A stretch of DNA of 64,000 nt from Alloprevotella sp. (GCA_045126825.1 JBGVPF010000078.1:2656-66655); one strand, 5' to 3'. Shown: positions 1 to 9,866, counted from the stretch's first letter. Made by a program: numbers and translations. Notes: a model not told the origin generated them from the letters alone.

Positions 1-1803
1 AGAAACGGGTTTACCGCAGAATTAGCTGAGGGATACACGGGCGAGGACTTGCGCGAACAACTGCAAAGCGCCTTTCCCGAATACACCTTCATGCTACACT
101 ATCGGGCCTTTGACAACGATGAACTCTTCCTCATCATTCTCATTATCGGGGTGGTACTTTCGTTAGGCGCCAGCGTGCTTATCATTGGGGTGATGGGATT
201 CCTGAAAATGGAATTGCAACTCTTCTCCCTCCGTTCGCGCGAAATGGCACTGCGCCGCACGATGGGCGCTCGCACGCGCCACCTCTTCATGCTCCTTGCC
301 TGGGAAGTCGTTATCGTCTTTGCGCTGACCATGCTTGCAACCGTGGCGCTGACCTACTCTCTTGCAGATTATGCAATCCCCATCCTGCAGCGCAATTATT
401 ATAAGCAACTGAATTTCGATGTGAACTTCATCCTGAACCTTGAACTGTGGATTACGCTCGCCACCCTCTTGCTCGCCCTCATCGCAGCCTTTATCGCCGT
501 TTACCGCCAGTTGCGCATTCCCGTAGGTATGCGAGTGGGGCGCAGTCACCGCACGATGACGAGGGGGCAAGGTTTTATGCTCACCACACAACTCACCGTG
601 AGCATGTTCCTTACCTTTGCCGTGCTCGGAATGATGTATGTGTTTGGTTTCATAGAGAAACAGGATAGCGGAGGCATCTCAGAAGACCGCACGCTTTACC
701 AACAGGCCATCATGATTCATCAACCTACGTTTGAAATTGCCATTCCTGACTTCCCCAATCGTTTGGCGCAAAACAGGGACGTAGAACACGTGGGGTATAG
801 CATTTTCAGCATTGCTGAAGTAGCACCAGACCAACTCGACAGAACACTGGTGCGCAATTCCTGGCCCTATAAAGATGATAATGATGGTACAGTCCTGGCC
901 TACGTTTATACTTTCATCTCCACCAGCGAAAATCTGATTGACCTCTTGAAGGTAGAGATTACCCCCAATCTCCCTGCCGATAGCACGGTACACGGCTTTT
1001 ACAGCGCCATTTACGTACGCACCGAGCAGGCAGAGCGGCTGCGCAAGAAGTGGAACCTTGACGTCAGCCGTGATGTACAGGTGCGCCCGCTCTACAAACA
1101 ACGCCCCTACACGCTCATCGGTTATGCTCCTGCCCTTCTGGGGTATCGTCATGGTTCTAATACTTGTCCTTCCTTCTGGATGGTGGACGAAGACATCGAC
1201 TGGCGTGATTTGCGCAACTCTTCGGAACTGCGTTCTTACTCTCCGAACCCTCACTACATCATCTTCCCCAAGGAGGGAAAGTACAACAAGGTGAAGGACG
1301 ACATCACCGAACTCTACCGCGAAGCACGTCCGGGCGACCGTAATATCCTGCCGATTCACAATCTCGCAGATGAGTGGTTTAACCTCATGCGTATGATTGA
1401 AATGATGCGCCAACTCTGCCTGATTCTCGTCATCGTGAGTATTCTCTGCATCGTAGCAAGTGTGTATTCTGCCATTGCGTTGGAGAGCCGCGGACGTCAG
1501 AAGGAAGTGGCACTGCGCAAGATTCACGGTGCCCACACCCGCGACATCATCTTCCTCTTCGGAAAATATTACTTGCGCCTGCTCGCTATCAGCGCCGTAA
1601 TCGTTATTGTCATTTCCAGCGCCGTCATAGCAACGATACTCGTAGTCGATGGAGACATAGGCCTCGGTAAAGACCTCCCCTGGCTTTTCTTCTACCTCAT
1701 CCTCGCCATCCTCATTGTCGTCGCCATTACGCTTCTTACCATCAGTAACAAGATTTGGAAGGTGAGCAAGATTCAACCCGCGGAGGTGGTGAAGAAGGAG
1801 TGA
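1..1803 (+). CDS. ABC transporter permease, MacB/FtsX family (5' truncated by window edge)
   Basis: Frame is open from base 1 (RNGFTAELAEGYTGEDLREQLQ aligns with SGFSVEVAEGYTHEDVRQQLQ in the next paralog). Two FtsX-type motifs (REMALRRTMGA, KEVALRKIHGA) and C-terminal PAEVVKKE. Confidence 0.9.
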   Translation, partial: RNGFTAELAEGYTGEDLREQLQSAFPEYTFMLHYRAFDNDELFLIILIIGVVLSLGASVLIIGVMGFLKMELQLFSLRSREMALRRTMGARTRHLFMLLAWEVVIVFALTMLATVALTYSLADYAIPILQRNYYKQLNFDVNFILNLELWITLATLLLALIAAFIAVYRQLRIPVGMRVGRSHRTMTRGQGFMLTTQLTVSMFLTFAVLGMMYVFGFIEKQDSGGISEDRTLYQQAIMIHQPTFEIAIPDFPNRLAQNRDVEHVGYSIFSIAEVAPDQLDRTLVRNSWPYKDDNDGTVLAYVYTFISTSENLIDLLKVEITPNLPADSTVHGFYSAIYVRTEQAERLRKKWNLDVSRDVQVRPLYKQRPYTLIGYAPALLGYRHGSNTCPSFWMVDEDIDWRDLRNSSELRSYSPNPHYIIFPKEGKYNKVKDDITELYREARPGDRNILPIHNLADEWFNLMRMIEMMRQLCLILVIVSILCIVASVYSAIALESRGRQKEVALRKIHGAHTRDIIFLFGKYYLRLLAISAVIVIVISSAVIATILVVDGDIGLGKDLPWLFFYLILAILIVVAITLLTISNKIWKVSKIQPAEVVKKE

Positions 1804-1807
1804 TGGG

Positions 1808-1872
1808 AGAGTACAGAGAACAGAGTACAGAGAACAGATAACAGAGTACAGATAACAGAGTACAGAGTACAA
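1808..1872 (+). repeat. 7-bp tandem array (ACAGAGT/ACAGATA/ACAGAGA)
   Basis: About 9 degenerate heptamers directly after the stop codon; a shorter copy lies at 4623-4650. Confidence 0.9.
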
Positions 1873-1892
1873 CTGCCCTGCGGATTAACAGT

Positions 1893-2080
1893 CCGGACGG
1901 CGCTCTCCCCCTGTTTATAGGGGGAGGGGACCACGAAGTGGTGAGGGGGTGCAAATATGCACATCCTGAAAAAATAAAGAATAGATCACTTATTATAATT
2001 TCTGCTCACTTGTAATCAGCACCCCCTCACCAGCAAAGCTGGTCCCCTCCCCCTATAAACAGGGGGAGAGCGCCATCCGG
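1893..2080. repeat. Long inverted-repeat (REP doublet/MITE-like) element, copy 1
   Basis: Arm CCGGACGGCGCTCTCCCCCTGTTTATAGGGGGAGGGGACC..GGTGAGGGGGTGC (1893-1952) and its reverse complement at about 2019-2080. Confidence 0.9.
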
Positions 2081-2098
2081 GACTTTACTCCGCAAGGT

Positions 2099-2130
2099 CT
2101 TTCTCCTTTCTCATTTCTCCTTTCTCATTT
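2099..2130 (+). repeat. 7-bp tandem array (TTTCTCC/TTTCTCA)
   Basis: About 4 units; same family as the array around 44938-45063. Confidence 0.8.
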
Positions 2131-2138
2131 CAAACACT

Positions 2139-4616
2139 ATGTTCCTCCACCACCTAAAAACATCCTACCGCAATCTGCTCAAATATAAGGTGCAGAATGT
2201 TATCTCTACGCTTTGCCTGGCCGTAGGTGTGGTGTGCTTCTCCATAACGGCGCACATCATGTACAACCTCGGCTTGGAACTCTATCTTAATCAGATTGAC
2301 CAGGGCCATGTTGGCATTAGCGTATGCGAAGGTCCCGAGGACGAGGCGAAGAAACTCTATGACGCGGGCTCATGGCCCGAGAATGCCAAACTGGATGAGG
2401 CTTTCTTCGACCAACTCCACAGTTTGAACCTCCCCGCAATCAAAGAGCAACACGGCTATACTGCTTGCATCGGGCAAGAGTTTACCTTCAAGGACAATAC
2501 CGACACACCGAAATTTTGCCATGCATGGCTCGTGGCCGTCTCTCCGCGTTACTTGCATTACTGTATGTACAACTCCGCCATAACTGGCGAGCGCCTTCCC
2601 GAGTTTAAGGAGGGCGACCTGCTCATCACCGACGACCTGAGCGACCAACTCTTTGGCAAGGGCACGGATCCGCGCGGTTTTATCCTAACCAATGAACTCG
2701 ACGGGGCGCAACGCACCGTTTGCGATGTGGTAAACATTACGGAGCGCCTCAGTGCCTTTCAAAATTGCGCCATCCTCTATGTCACCAAGAACTTTATCAG
2801 TTGGGCGCCCGTAAAAATAAGCGGTTTCAGCGTAGAAGTGGCAGAGGGCTATACACATGAGGATGTGCGCCAACAACTTCAGAGCGCCTTCCCGCAGTAT
2901 TACTTTCTCAGGCAACACCGCCCCTTTGATTGGTCAGACGAAGGTATGCTCTTCGTGGCGTTCTTCCTTATCGTGCTCTTCATCGGCGCCAGCGTGCTCA
3001 TCATTGGGGTTATGGGATTCTTGAAAATGGAGTTGCAACTCTTCTCCCTCCGTGCCCGCGAAATGGCACTGCGCCGCACGATGGGCGCAAAGCCGCGCCA
3101 CTTGTTTGCACTCCTTGCTGTCGAGGTGCTTATCGTCTTTGTGGTCACAGCCTTGGGAGCGCTGGCAATTACATCCGTCCTTGCCGACTACGCAATACCC
3201 ATCATTCAACGCGTGCAGCCCGGTCTTGATTTTGATGTAGACCTTATCATGCGTATCGAAATGTGGGTGACGCTTGCCACACTGGTGTTTGCCCTCATCA
3301 TTGCTTTCATCTCGGTGTACCGACAGTTGCACGCTCCCGTAGGACTTCGCGTAGGGCGTAGCAACCGCCCGAACACAAAGGGGCAAAGCCTGATGCTCGG
3401 CACGCAGTTCGTCGTGAGCATGCTCCTTACCTTCATCATGCTTGCCGCACTGTGGGTGTTCAGCGTGGTTGAGAAGCAAGAGTTGGGCGATATTGTAGAA
3501 GACCGCGCAGTTTACAAAGGTGTGTTGAGAGCTGACATGTATATGTGTGACAACTGTATTCCGGAATTCAAAAACCGTCTGGCGCTCAACGAAAATATTG
3601 ACGAAGTGGCTTACTGCATTTACAGCGAGTGTGAAACCATGGATAATCAGCGCGACGAGAGCCTGGTGCGCAATGTGCTCCGTTATATGAATGAGGATAA
3701 TACGGTGAAAAGTTACGCGTATAGTTTCCTCTCCACCAGTGAGAACCTTATCGACTTGCTCAAGGTGAAGATTACGCCCAACCTGCCGAATGATTCCACC
3801 ATTCACAAACATTACAGCGCCGTCTATGTACGCACGGAGCAGGTAGACCGACTCCGCAAGAAGTGGAACCTCGAAGTGAGCAGCGATGTCATTACCCGTC
3901 CGCTCTACAAGCAACGCTCTTACACGCTCATCGGTTATGCGCCCGCCTTGGTGGGATATCGTCCAGGCACCAGCAGTACGCCTTCGTTCTGGATGGTGGA
4001 CGAGGATATTGCATGGCAGGATTTGACTGCGTTCAAAGAGTTGAATGCTTACTCGCCCGACGCCAACTACATCATCTTCCCCAAGGAGGGGAAATATAAT
4101 AAGGCGAAGGATGCCATTGCTGAGATGTACCGCGAGGCGCTACCGGGAAATATGAATGAACCTCCCGTTCACAACCTCTACGATGAGTGGTTCAAGTCAA
4201 TCCGTATGCTTGAACTCTTCCGCCAACTCAGCCTCCTGCTTGTCATCGTCAGCATCCTCTGCATCGTAGCCAGTGTTTACTCCGCCATTGCCCTTGAAAG
4301 CCGTGGTCGACAGAAGGAAGTGGCGCTCCGCAAGATTCACGGCGCACACACCCGCGACATCATCATGCTCTTCGGCAAATACTACCTGCGCCTGCTCACT
4401 ATCAGCGCCGTCATCGTTATTATCCTTGCCGCAGCAGTCTTCGCCACCATCTGCACCTTAAAATCCGACATTGGCATCCTCTACGACTTGCCAACCCTTG
4501 TCCTCTACCTCGTACTGGCAATACTCATCGTCGCAGGCATCACCCTTCTCACCATCAGCCACAAGATTTGGCAGGTGAGCAAGACGCATCCGGCGGAGGT
4601 GATAAAGAAGGAGTGA
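2139..4616 (+). CDS. ABC transporter permease, MacB/FtsX family
   Basis: N-terminal SYRNLLKYK..ISTLCLAVG, two FtsX domains and large periplasmic loops; close paralog of the upstream gene. Confidence 0.92.
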   Translation: MFLHHLKTSYRNLLKYKVQNVISTLCLAVGVVCFSITAHIMYNLGLELYLNQIDQGHVGISVCEGPEDEAKKLYDAGSWPENAKLDEAFFDQLHSLNLPAIKEQHGYTACIGQEFTFKDNTDTPKFCHAWLVAVSPRYLHYCMYNSAITGERLPEFKEGDLLITDDLSDQLFGKGTDPRGFILTNELDGAQRTVCDVVNITERLSAFQNCAILYVTKNFISWAPVKISGFSVEVAEGYTHEDVRQQLQSAFPQYYFLRQHRPFDWSDEGMLFVAFFLIVLFIGASVLIIGVMGFLKMELQLFSLRAREMALRRTMGAKPRHLFALLAVEVLIVFVVTALGALAITSVLADYAIPIIQRVQPGLDFDVDLIMRIEMWVTLATLVFALIIAFISVYRQLHAPVGLRVGRSNRPNTKGQSLMLGTQFVVSMLLTFIMLAALWVFSVVEKQELGDIVEDRAVYKGVLRADMYMCDNCIPEFKNRLALNENIDEVAYCIYSECETMDNQRDESLVRNVLRYMNEDNTVKSYAYSFLSTSENLIDLLKVKITPNLPNDSTIHKHYSAVYVRTEQVDRLRKKWNLEVSSDVITRPLYKQRSYTLIGYAPALVGYRPGTSSTPSFWMVDEDIAWQDLTAFKELNAYSPDANYIIFPKEGKYNKAKDAIAEMYREALPGNMNEPPVHNLYDEWFKSIRMLELFRQLSLLLVIVSILCIVASVYSAIALESRGRQKEVALRKIHGAHTRDIIMLFGKYYLRLLTISAVIVIILAAAVFATICTLKSDIGILYDLPTLVLYLVLAILIVAGITLLTISHKIWQVSKTHPAEVIKKE

Positions 4617-4671
4617 TGCGATAGTACAGATAACAGAGTACAGAGTACAACTGCCCTGCGGAATTAACAGT

Positions 4672-4942
4672 CCGGACGGCGCTCTCCCCCTGTTTATAGG
4701 GGGAACCGACGCACGAAGTAAGGACAGAGGATAAACTTGTTTATACTATGTCTTACGAGAAGGAGGAAGATGAGCGTAGCGAAATCAATTGGGACCAGCT
4801 TTGCTGGTGAGGGGGTGCGAGTACAAACGAGAAGACTTATTATCAGTCGTTTATATTTCGGGATGTGCAAGATATTCTCCTGCACCCCCTCACCGCCGAG
4901 GCGGTCCCCTCCCCCTATAAACAGGGGGAGAGCGCCGTCCGG
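4672..4942. repeat. Long inverted-repeat element, copy 2, with an ~85-bp insert in the left arm
   Basis: Same arms as 1893-2080; the left arm is interrupted at about 4704-4788. Confidence 0.9.
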
Positions 4943-4948
4943 ATGGTT

Positions 4949-5020
4949 CTCAAAACCTTATAACCTCAAAACCTTACAACCTCAAAACCTAAAAACCTCA
5001 TAACCTAAAAACCTCATAAC
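4949..5020 (+). repeat. 8-bp tandem array (e.g. AAAACCTC/ATAACCTA)
   Basis: About 9 octamers before the nadC start; a related tract lies at about 46279-46312. Confidence 0.85.
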
Positions 5021-5021
5021 T

Positions 5022-5897
5022 ATGTACACTGTAGACGAACTCAACGAACGACTCATTGACCTCTCTTTTGCTGAAGACATTGGTGATGGTGACCACACCA
5101 CCCTCTGTTGCATCCCCGCCGATAGCATGGGCGAAAGCAAGTTGCTTATCAAGGAAGAAGGTATTTTTGCGGGTGTAGAAATTGCCAAGCAAGTCTTCCA
5201 CCGCTTTGACCCCACCATGGAAATTGAAGTGTACATCGAAGACGGTGCACACGTAAAACCTGGCGACATCGTTATGAGCGTAAAGGGTAAGGAGCAGAGT
5301 TTGCTTCAGACGGAGCGCCTCATGCTCAACATTCTTCAGCGTATGTCGGGTATTGCCACAATGACTAATAAGTATCAGCAAGCCCTCATCGACGCAGGCA
5401 CCAAAACACGTGTGCTCGATACGCGAAAGACTACTCCTGGTATGCGTATGCTCGAGAAGGAAGCCGTGAAGATTGGTGGCGGTATGAACCACCGCATCGG
5501 ACTCTTCGACATGATCCTCCTTAAGGACAACCACATCGACTTCTGTGGCGGTGTGCATAACGCTATCAGTCGTGCAAAGCAATATTGCAAAGACCACGGC
5601 AAGGACCTCAAGATTGAGTGTGAAGTGCGCAACTGGAAGGAACTCGAAGAAGCCCTTGCCGAAGGTTGCGACCGCATCATGTTTGACAACTTCACGCCCG
5701 AAGACACAAAGAAGGCTGTAGAGCTCGTAGCCGGTCGTGCAGAAACTGAATCAAGCGGCGGCATCACCTTTGAAACAATGATCCCCTACGCAAAAGCAGG
5801 CGTAGACTTTATAAGTTTCGGAGCCCTCACCCACAGCGTTAAGGGGCTTGACATGAGTTTCAAAGCAGCTGGGTCTGACAAATTGATTATAAAGTAA
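5022..5897 (+). CDS. nadC: Quinolinate phosphoribosyltransferase
   Basis: Motifs EDIGDGDHTT, DTRKTTPG, HRIGLFD, KDNH, SGGI. Confidence 0.97.
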   Translation: MYTVDELNERLIDLSFAEDIGDGDHTTLCCIPADSMGESKLLIKEEGIFAGVEIAKQVFHRFDPTMEIEVYIEDGAHVKPGDIVMSVKGKEQSLLQTERLMLNILQRMSGIATMTNKYQQALIDAGTKTRVLDTRKTTPGMRMLEKEAVKIGGGMNHRIGLFDMILLKDNHIDFCGGVHNAISRAKQYCKDHGKDLKIECEVRNWKELEEALAEGCDRIMFDNFTPEDTKKAVELVAGRAETESSGGITFETMIPYAKAGVDFISFGALTHSVKGLDMSFKAAGSDKLIIK

Positions 5898-5936
5898 GGT
5901 TTTTATTATTGTTGCTTTCCCTTAGGGAAATTACAT

Positions 5937-5976
5937 AAAGGACGGGTGGTCTATGATGTAGACTACTCGTCCCTTT
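5937..5976 (+). terminator. Hairpin after nadC, probable intrinsic terminator
   Basis: AAAGGACGGGTGGTCTA-loop-TAGACTACTCGTCCCTTT. Confidence 0.6.
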
Positions 5977-6249
5977 GAATTTCTTTTACCTATACAAGTT
6001 TTGTATATATACAGTGGTGGTGGGGACGATGCTGTTTCGTCTTTTTTGTATGTCTATAATTTTCTTAAAAGTTATACTTTAAGAGTTAAATACCAATAGA
6101 GAATGTAAACTCTTTAAAAAATGGCATTGTGTCATAATGAGCAAACTGGTGCATTGTTCCTCAATTTTGGTCCTGGTCATGTACTTCCGAAACTCTCCTC
6201 TTCCTCCTCAATTTCAGCATCTTGCTTTCACGCATTTGTACAAAACTTA

Positions 6250-6287
6250 TGAGGGTGTGACGAAATTTTCATTTCGACACACCCTCA
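6250..6287. repeat. GGGTGTGTCRAAA-type palindrome (terminator/REP-like)
   Basis: GAGGGTGTGACGAAA..TTTCGACACACCCTC; a second family member is at 56630-56659 (AGGGTGTGTCAA..TTGACACACCCT). Both lie downstream of minus-strand genes. Confidence 0.7.
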
Positions 6288-6346
6288 CTTTAATCTATCA
6301 TCTACACTTTGTTCATAAATGGGTAGAAGTTCATGCTTCCATCATG

Positions 6347-8905
6347 CTAAAAGGAGATGCGCTGTTCCTTACTTGAACGGAAATAAGGAAGGATTGAAAG
6401 TAACACACCTACTACAACGCAGACGAGCATTCCGATGAATCCGTAAAGGAGGAAGCTGATGTCGGTGTAAGCATTGAGCCAGAAGACTACTGCTTCCCCA
6501 GTAAGGAAACCGATGAGCGCAGCTTTGCCACCGACTTGCTTAAAGAAGATACCGATCAGGAAGAGTCCACCAATACCGCTTGAGAGAAGCCCAAGGATGG
6601 TGTTGAAATAGTCGAGAAGCGAAAGGATGTTCCATGTTGCCATCAAAAGGGCAAGCGCCACACCGAGCAAACCTGAAATCATACAAGCGAGACGTGCCAC
6701 ACGGAGCATCTGCTTGTCTGTCGTGTTCGTCTTAAAGCGTCGGTAGAAGTCGACACTGAAGGCGGTAGATACGGAACTGATGTTTGACGATATGGTTGAC
6801 ATTGTTGCGGCAAAAATTGCAGCAATCAGCAATCCTGCAACACCAGCAGGCATCTGACTCATCATGAAGAAGGGGAAAATGGCATCTGATTTCGCCATCG
6901 TAAAGTCAAGTTCAGCAGGGTGTGTCTTATAGAATGTATAGAGCCCTGTACCAATCACATAGAACGATACGCTGATGAACACCGACATGATACCGTTCAT
7001 CAAGATGCTTCGACCAGCACTCTTTTCATCCTTCGTCGTGATGTAACGCTGAATAACGGTTTGGTCAGATGTGTAAGAGATAAGGTTGTTTGCCAAACCA
7101 CCGAGGATTACTACCCAGAAGGTCGCACTGGTAAGGTCGAAGGCATAGTCGAAGAGGCGGAACTTGTCGTGTGAAACGGCAATGTCAAAGAAACCTCCTG
7201 CTCCACCTTCTGTATTGAAGATGAGATAGCCAGCAGCCAAGAACGCACCACCCACAAGGATAATACCCTGAACGACGTCACCCCAAACTACGGCTTCAAC
7301 ACCACCCATCGTGCAATACACAATAGTAATGATACCCATCAAGATGATGCAAATGTAAATATCAATACCTGTAACTGCCGTAAGTGCCAACGAGGGAAGG
7401 TAGAGAACGAGCGCTGTGCGTGCTACCATAAACACGATGAAGAGCGTAGAGGCAATCATGCGCGTGGAGAGGTTGAAGCGCATTTCAAGGTATTCATACG
7501 CACTCGTAATGTTCAAGCGGCGGAAGTATGGCAAATAATACTTGATTACGGGGAACGATACCAAGAGAATGGTAATCAACATGGGATAGTAAGTCCAGTC
7601 GGTAGCGTATGCCTTTGCAGGAATTGCCATGTAAGTAATAGCACTGAGCATCGTAGCATAAATGGAGATACCTGCCGCCCACCAAGGAATGCGTCCGCCT
7701 CCCTTGAAGAAGTCCTCTGAAGAGTTTTCGCGAAGCATAAAGAAATAACCGAGGCCGAGCATACCAATCATGTAAACAATCAGTACGGTCCAGTTAAGCC
7801 AACCGAAACCTACACGTTGCTCCATTGTTACAGCGGTTACTTCGGCAGAACGAATGCCAGGTTTTGTTTCACCTCCGATAATGTACCATTCACCATTATA
7901 AGGCACAAACGCTGCGCCAGCACGTGCTAACTTTTCACTTTTTGCCTCACTCACCCATGCATCAGTAATAGTGTGATAGAGGAAAATCTCTTGATTAAAC
8001 TGATACCATTCGGGAGCATGCGTCAAATACCCATCCTCGGGATGATTCAAAGCACGCGTGAAGACCTCCTTATTTACGCCACCAAGCACTGCCACATGGG
8101 CGATACCTGACGAAACCGCCGAAGCGCCAACAATGGCACATTCCTTGCCATCAATAACCACAGGAGCAGTGGGACACCAAGTGTTGGTCTTGGCGTCGTA
8201 ATAAAGTCCGTCTGAATGCACATAAGCCGTGTCGGACTCTGTTGCGGGAGCAAAACCACCAAAGAGGTAGAAGTTCTTGGTAAGTGCAGCTGATTGCACC
8301 ACCCCAGCAGGTTGCTTACGTACACGACCTGGAAGAGGAGCAAGGGTTTCCCATACTTCACCACCTGGATACTTCAAACGGTATGCCGAATTGGTTTCAC
8401 CACCTGCTACATAGATATACGTTCCATCATAAGCACCAGCTGCTTCACTCTTTGCTTCAGGAAGTGCGGGAAGTGGAGTCGCATGAAGCGTTCCTTCAGT
8501 TTCAGAAAGCAAGTACACGGCTGAAGTTGCACCTTCAGCACCAGCTCCGCCAATACATACAAGTCCTTCAGGTACTTGCACACTTACACCATAAGCAATA
8601 GACGGAACCGTAAGTGTCTGCAAATTCCATTTCTCACCCTCAAAAGTGTAAATATTTCCGTAAAATTGCTTTACACCTCCTTCAGCGGCTGGTGTGTCAG
8701 GGAAATTACAACCACCGACAACAACAATTTTATTGCCAACGACACCTGCAAAGGGAGCTGAAACACCCTGTCCAGCCGAAACCTCAAGTGGTGTAAGGGG
8801 ATTAAAATTGACTTGGTTAAACCTATTGTCATTTTGAGCAAATGCCCCCATCGTGGAAACCACGAATAGGAGCACAAGCGAAAGGATACTATTGATATAT
8901 TTCAT
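6347..8905 (-). CDS. Kelch-repeat mutarotase (NanM-like) fused to a sodium:solute symporter, probable sialic acid transporter
   Basis: Signal peptide, then Kelch GG repeats (VVGGCNFP, YVAGG, YLFGG, YIIGGE), then SSS motifs (FFKGGGRIPWWAAG, SAYEYLEMRF, DQTVIQRY, AIFAATMSTISS). Adjacent to the lyase gene. Confidence 0.9.
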   Translation of the reverse strand: MKYINSILSLVLLFVVSTMGAFAQNDNRFNQVNFNPLTPLEVSAGQGVSAPFAGVVGNKIVVVGGCNFPDTPAAEGGVKQFYGNIYTFEGEKWNLQTLTVPSIAYGVSVQVPEGLVCIGGAGAEGATSAVYLLSETEGTLHATPLPALPEAKSEAAGAYDGTYIYVAGGETNSAYRLKYPGGEVWETLAPLPGRVRKQPAGVVQSAALTKNFYLFGGFAPATESDTAYVHSDGLYYDAKTNTWCPTAPVVIDGKECAIVGASAVSSGIAHVAVLGGVNKEVFTRALNHPEDGYLTHAPEWYQFNQEIFLYHTITDAWVSEAKSEKLARAGAAFVPYNGEWYIIGGETKPGIRSAEVTAVTMEQRVGFGWLNWTVLIVYMIGMLGLGYFFMLRENSSEDFFKGGGRIPWWAAGISIYATMLSAITYMAIPAKAYATDWTYYPMLITILLVSFPVIKYYLPYFRRLNITSAYEYLEMRFNLSTRMIASTLFIVFMVARTALVLYLPSLALTAVTGIDIYICIILMGIITIVYCTMGGVEAVVWGDVVQGIILVGGAFLAAGYLIFNTEGGAGGFFDIAVSHDKFRLFDYAFDLTSATFWVVILGGLANNLISYTSDQTVIQRYITTKDEKSAGRSILMNGIMSVFISVSFYVIGTGLYTFYKTHPAELDFTMAKSDAIFPFFMMSQMPAGVAGLLIAAIFAATMSTISSNISSVSTAFSVDFYRRFKTNTTDKQMLRVARLACMISGLLGVALALLMATWNILSLLDYFNTILGLLSSGIGGLFLIGIFFKQVGGKAALIGFLTGEAVVFWLNAYTDISFLLYGFIGMLVCVVVGVLLSILPYFRSSKEQRISF

Positions 8906-8908
8906 ATC

Positions 8909-9823
8909 TTATTTGTTGCAACGTTCAAAGAAGTTAATGGCTTCGAGTTCTTGCTTCATGCGCGCTTCTTCCTCATCAGTCATATTTTGGAAGGGAGTAC
9001 GATTAGGACCGAGGTCAAGACCAATCAACTTCATAATGCGCTTGCCACCAACGATATTTCCGCGGAAATGACAAATAACGTCAATGACATCTTGCGCAAA
9101 TTCCTGAAGTTCACGCGCCTTTTCAAGGTCGCCCTGATTCCAAGCGTCAATAATACCTGACAGTACAGCACCATTGTAGTTCGTCGTACCACCGATACCA
9201 CCCTGCGCACCACCCATTGCGAGGCAAGGAAGGATAGTTTCATCCTGACCATGGAGCATGTCAAACTTACCATTCTTATATCGACGGCAACGGTTGTATT
9301 CGTAAAGGCTTTCAAACGTGTACTTGATACCTGCAAAGTTAGGAATACGACCATCTACAGCCTTCAAGAAATCAAGCATAGAGAGGAATGCACCATTGAA
9401 TGCGGGGATGTGGTAAAAGTAGAAAGGAAGGTTAGGTGCACCAGAAGCAATTTCTTCACAATATTTCACCAATTCCTCAATACGAGCTACTTTGGGGAAA
9501 GGAGGAGCCATCACGGCAACACCCCATGCACCAATCTTTTGAGCGTGAGCAGCAAGGCGATTACTACTCTTCACGCAAGTGCTGCCTACGTGTACAATCA
9601 CCTTGAAACCTTCAGGAGCAGCTGCCATCCAAGCTTCAGCAAGTTGCATACGTTCTTCTTCCGTAAGCATGTAGCCTTCTCCGGAACTACCATTGATAAA
9701 CACGCCTTTCAAACCATTGCGAGCGAGCAATGCTGCGTATGCTGGAATGGGGTCAAAATTTACAGTACCATCTGTGTGAAAGGGAGTAAAGGGGGCGTTA
9801 ATAAGCCCAATAATCTTTTCCAT
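8909..9823 (-). CDS. nanL: N-acetylneuraminate lyase (Bacteroides NanL type, DapA family)
   Basis: GSSGEG, YYHIP-like FYFYHIP and GIKYT (Schiff-base Lys) motifs, GGIGGTTNY; sialic-acid gene context. Confidence 0.88.
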   Translation of the reverse strand: MEKIIGLINAPFTPFHTDGTVNFDPIPAYAALLARNGLKGVFINGSSGEGYMLTEEERMQLAEAWMAAAPEGFKVIVHVGSTCVKSSNRLAAHAQKIGAWGVAVMAPPFPKVARIEELVKYCEEIASGAPNLPFYFYHIPAFNGAFLSMLDFLKAVDGRIPNFAGIKYTFESLYEYNRCRRYKNGKFDMLHGQDETILPCLAMGGAQGGIGGTTNYNGAVLSGIIDAWNQGDLEKARELQEFAQDVIDVICHFRGNIVGGKRIMKLIGLDLGPNRTPFQNMTDEEEARMKQELEAINFFERCNK

Positions 9824-9858
9824 GATTTATAATTTTAAGAAAGTAATACAATATTTAG

Positions 9859-9866
9859 CAAAGTTA
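9859..9866 (-). promoter_or_regulatory. Bacteroidetes -7 box TAACTTTG for lyase-transporter operon
   Basis: Matches TAnnTTTG about 36 nt upstream of the ATG. Confidence 0.6.

Noticed and set aside
679-1872. 397-aa antisense ORF (and similar ones opposite the second permease, glnA, fusA2, galE)
   Set aside because: Shadow ORFs produced by codon bias on the coding strand.
1-4946. Integron or diversity-generating retroelement interpretation of the permease array
   Set aside because: No integrase or reverse transcriptase, no attC GTTRRRY/RYYYAAC ends, and differences between paralogs are not adenine-specific.
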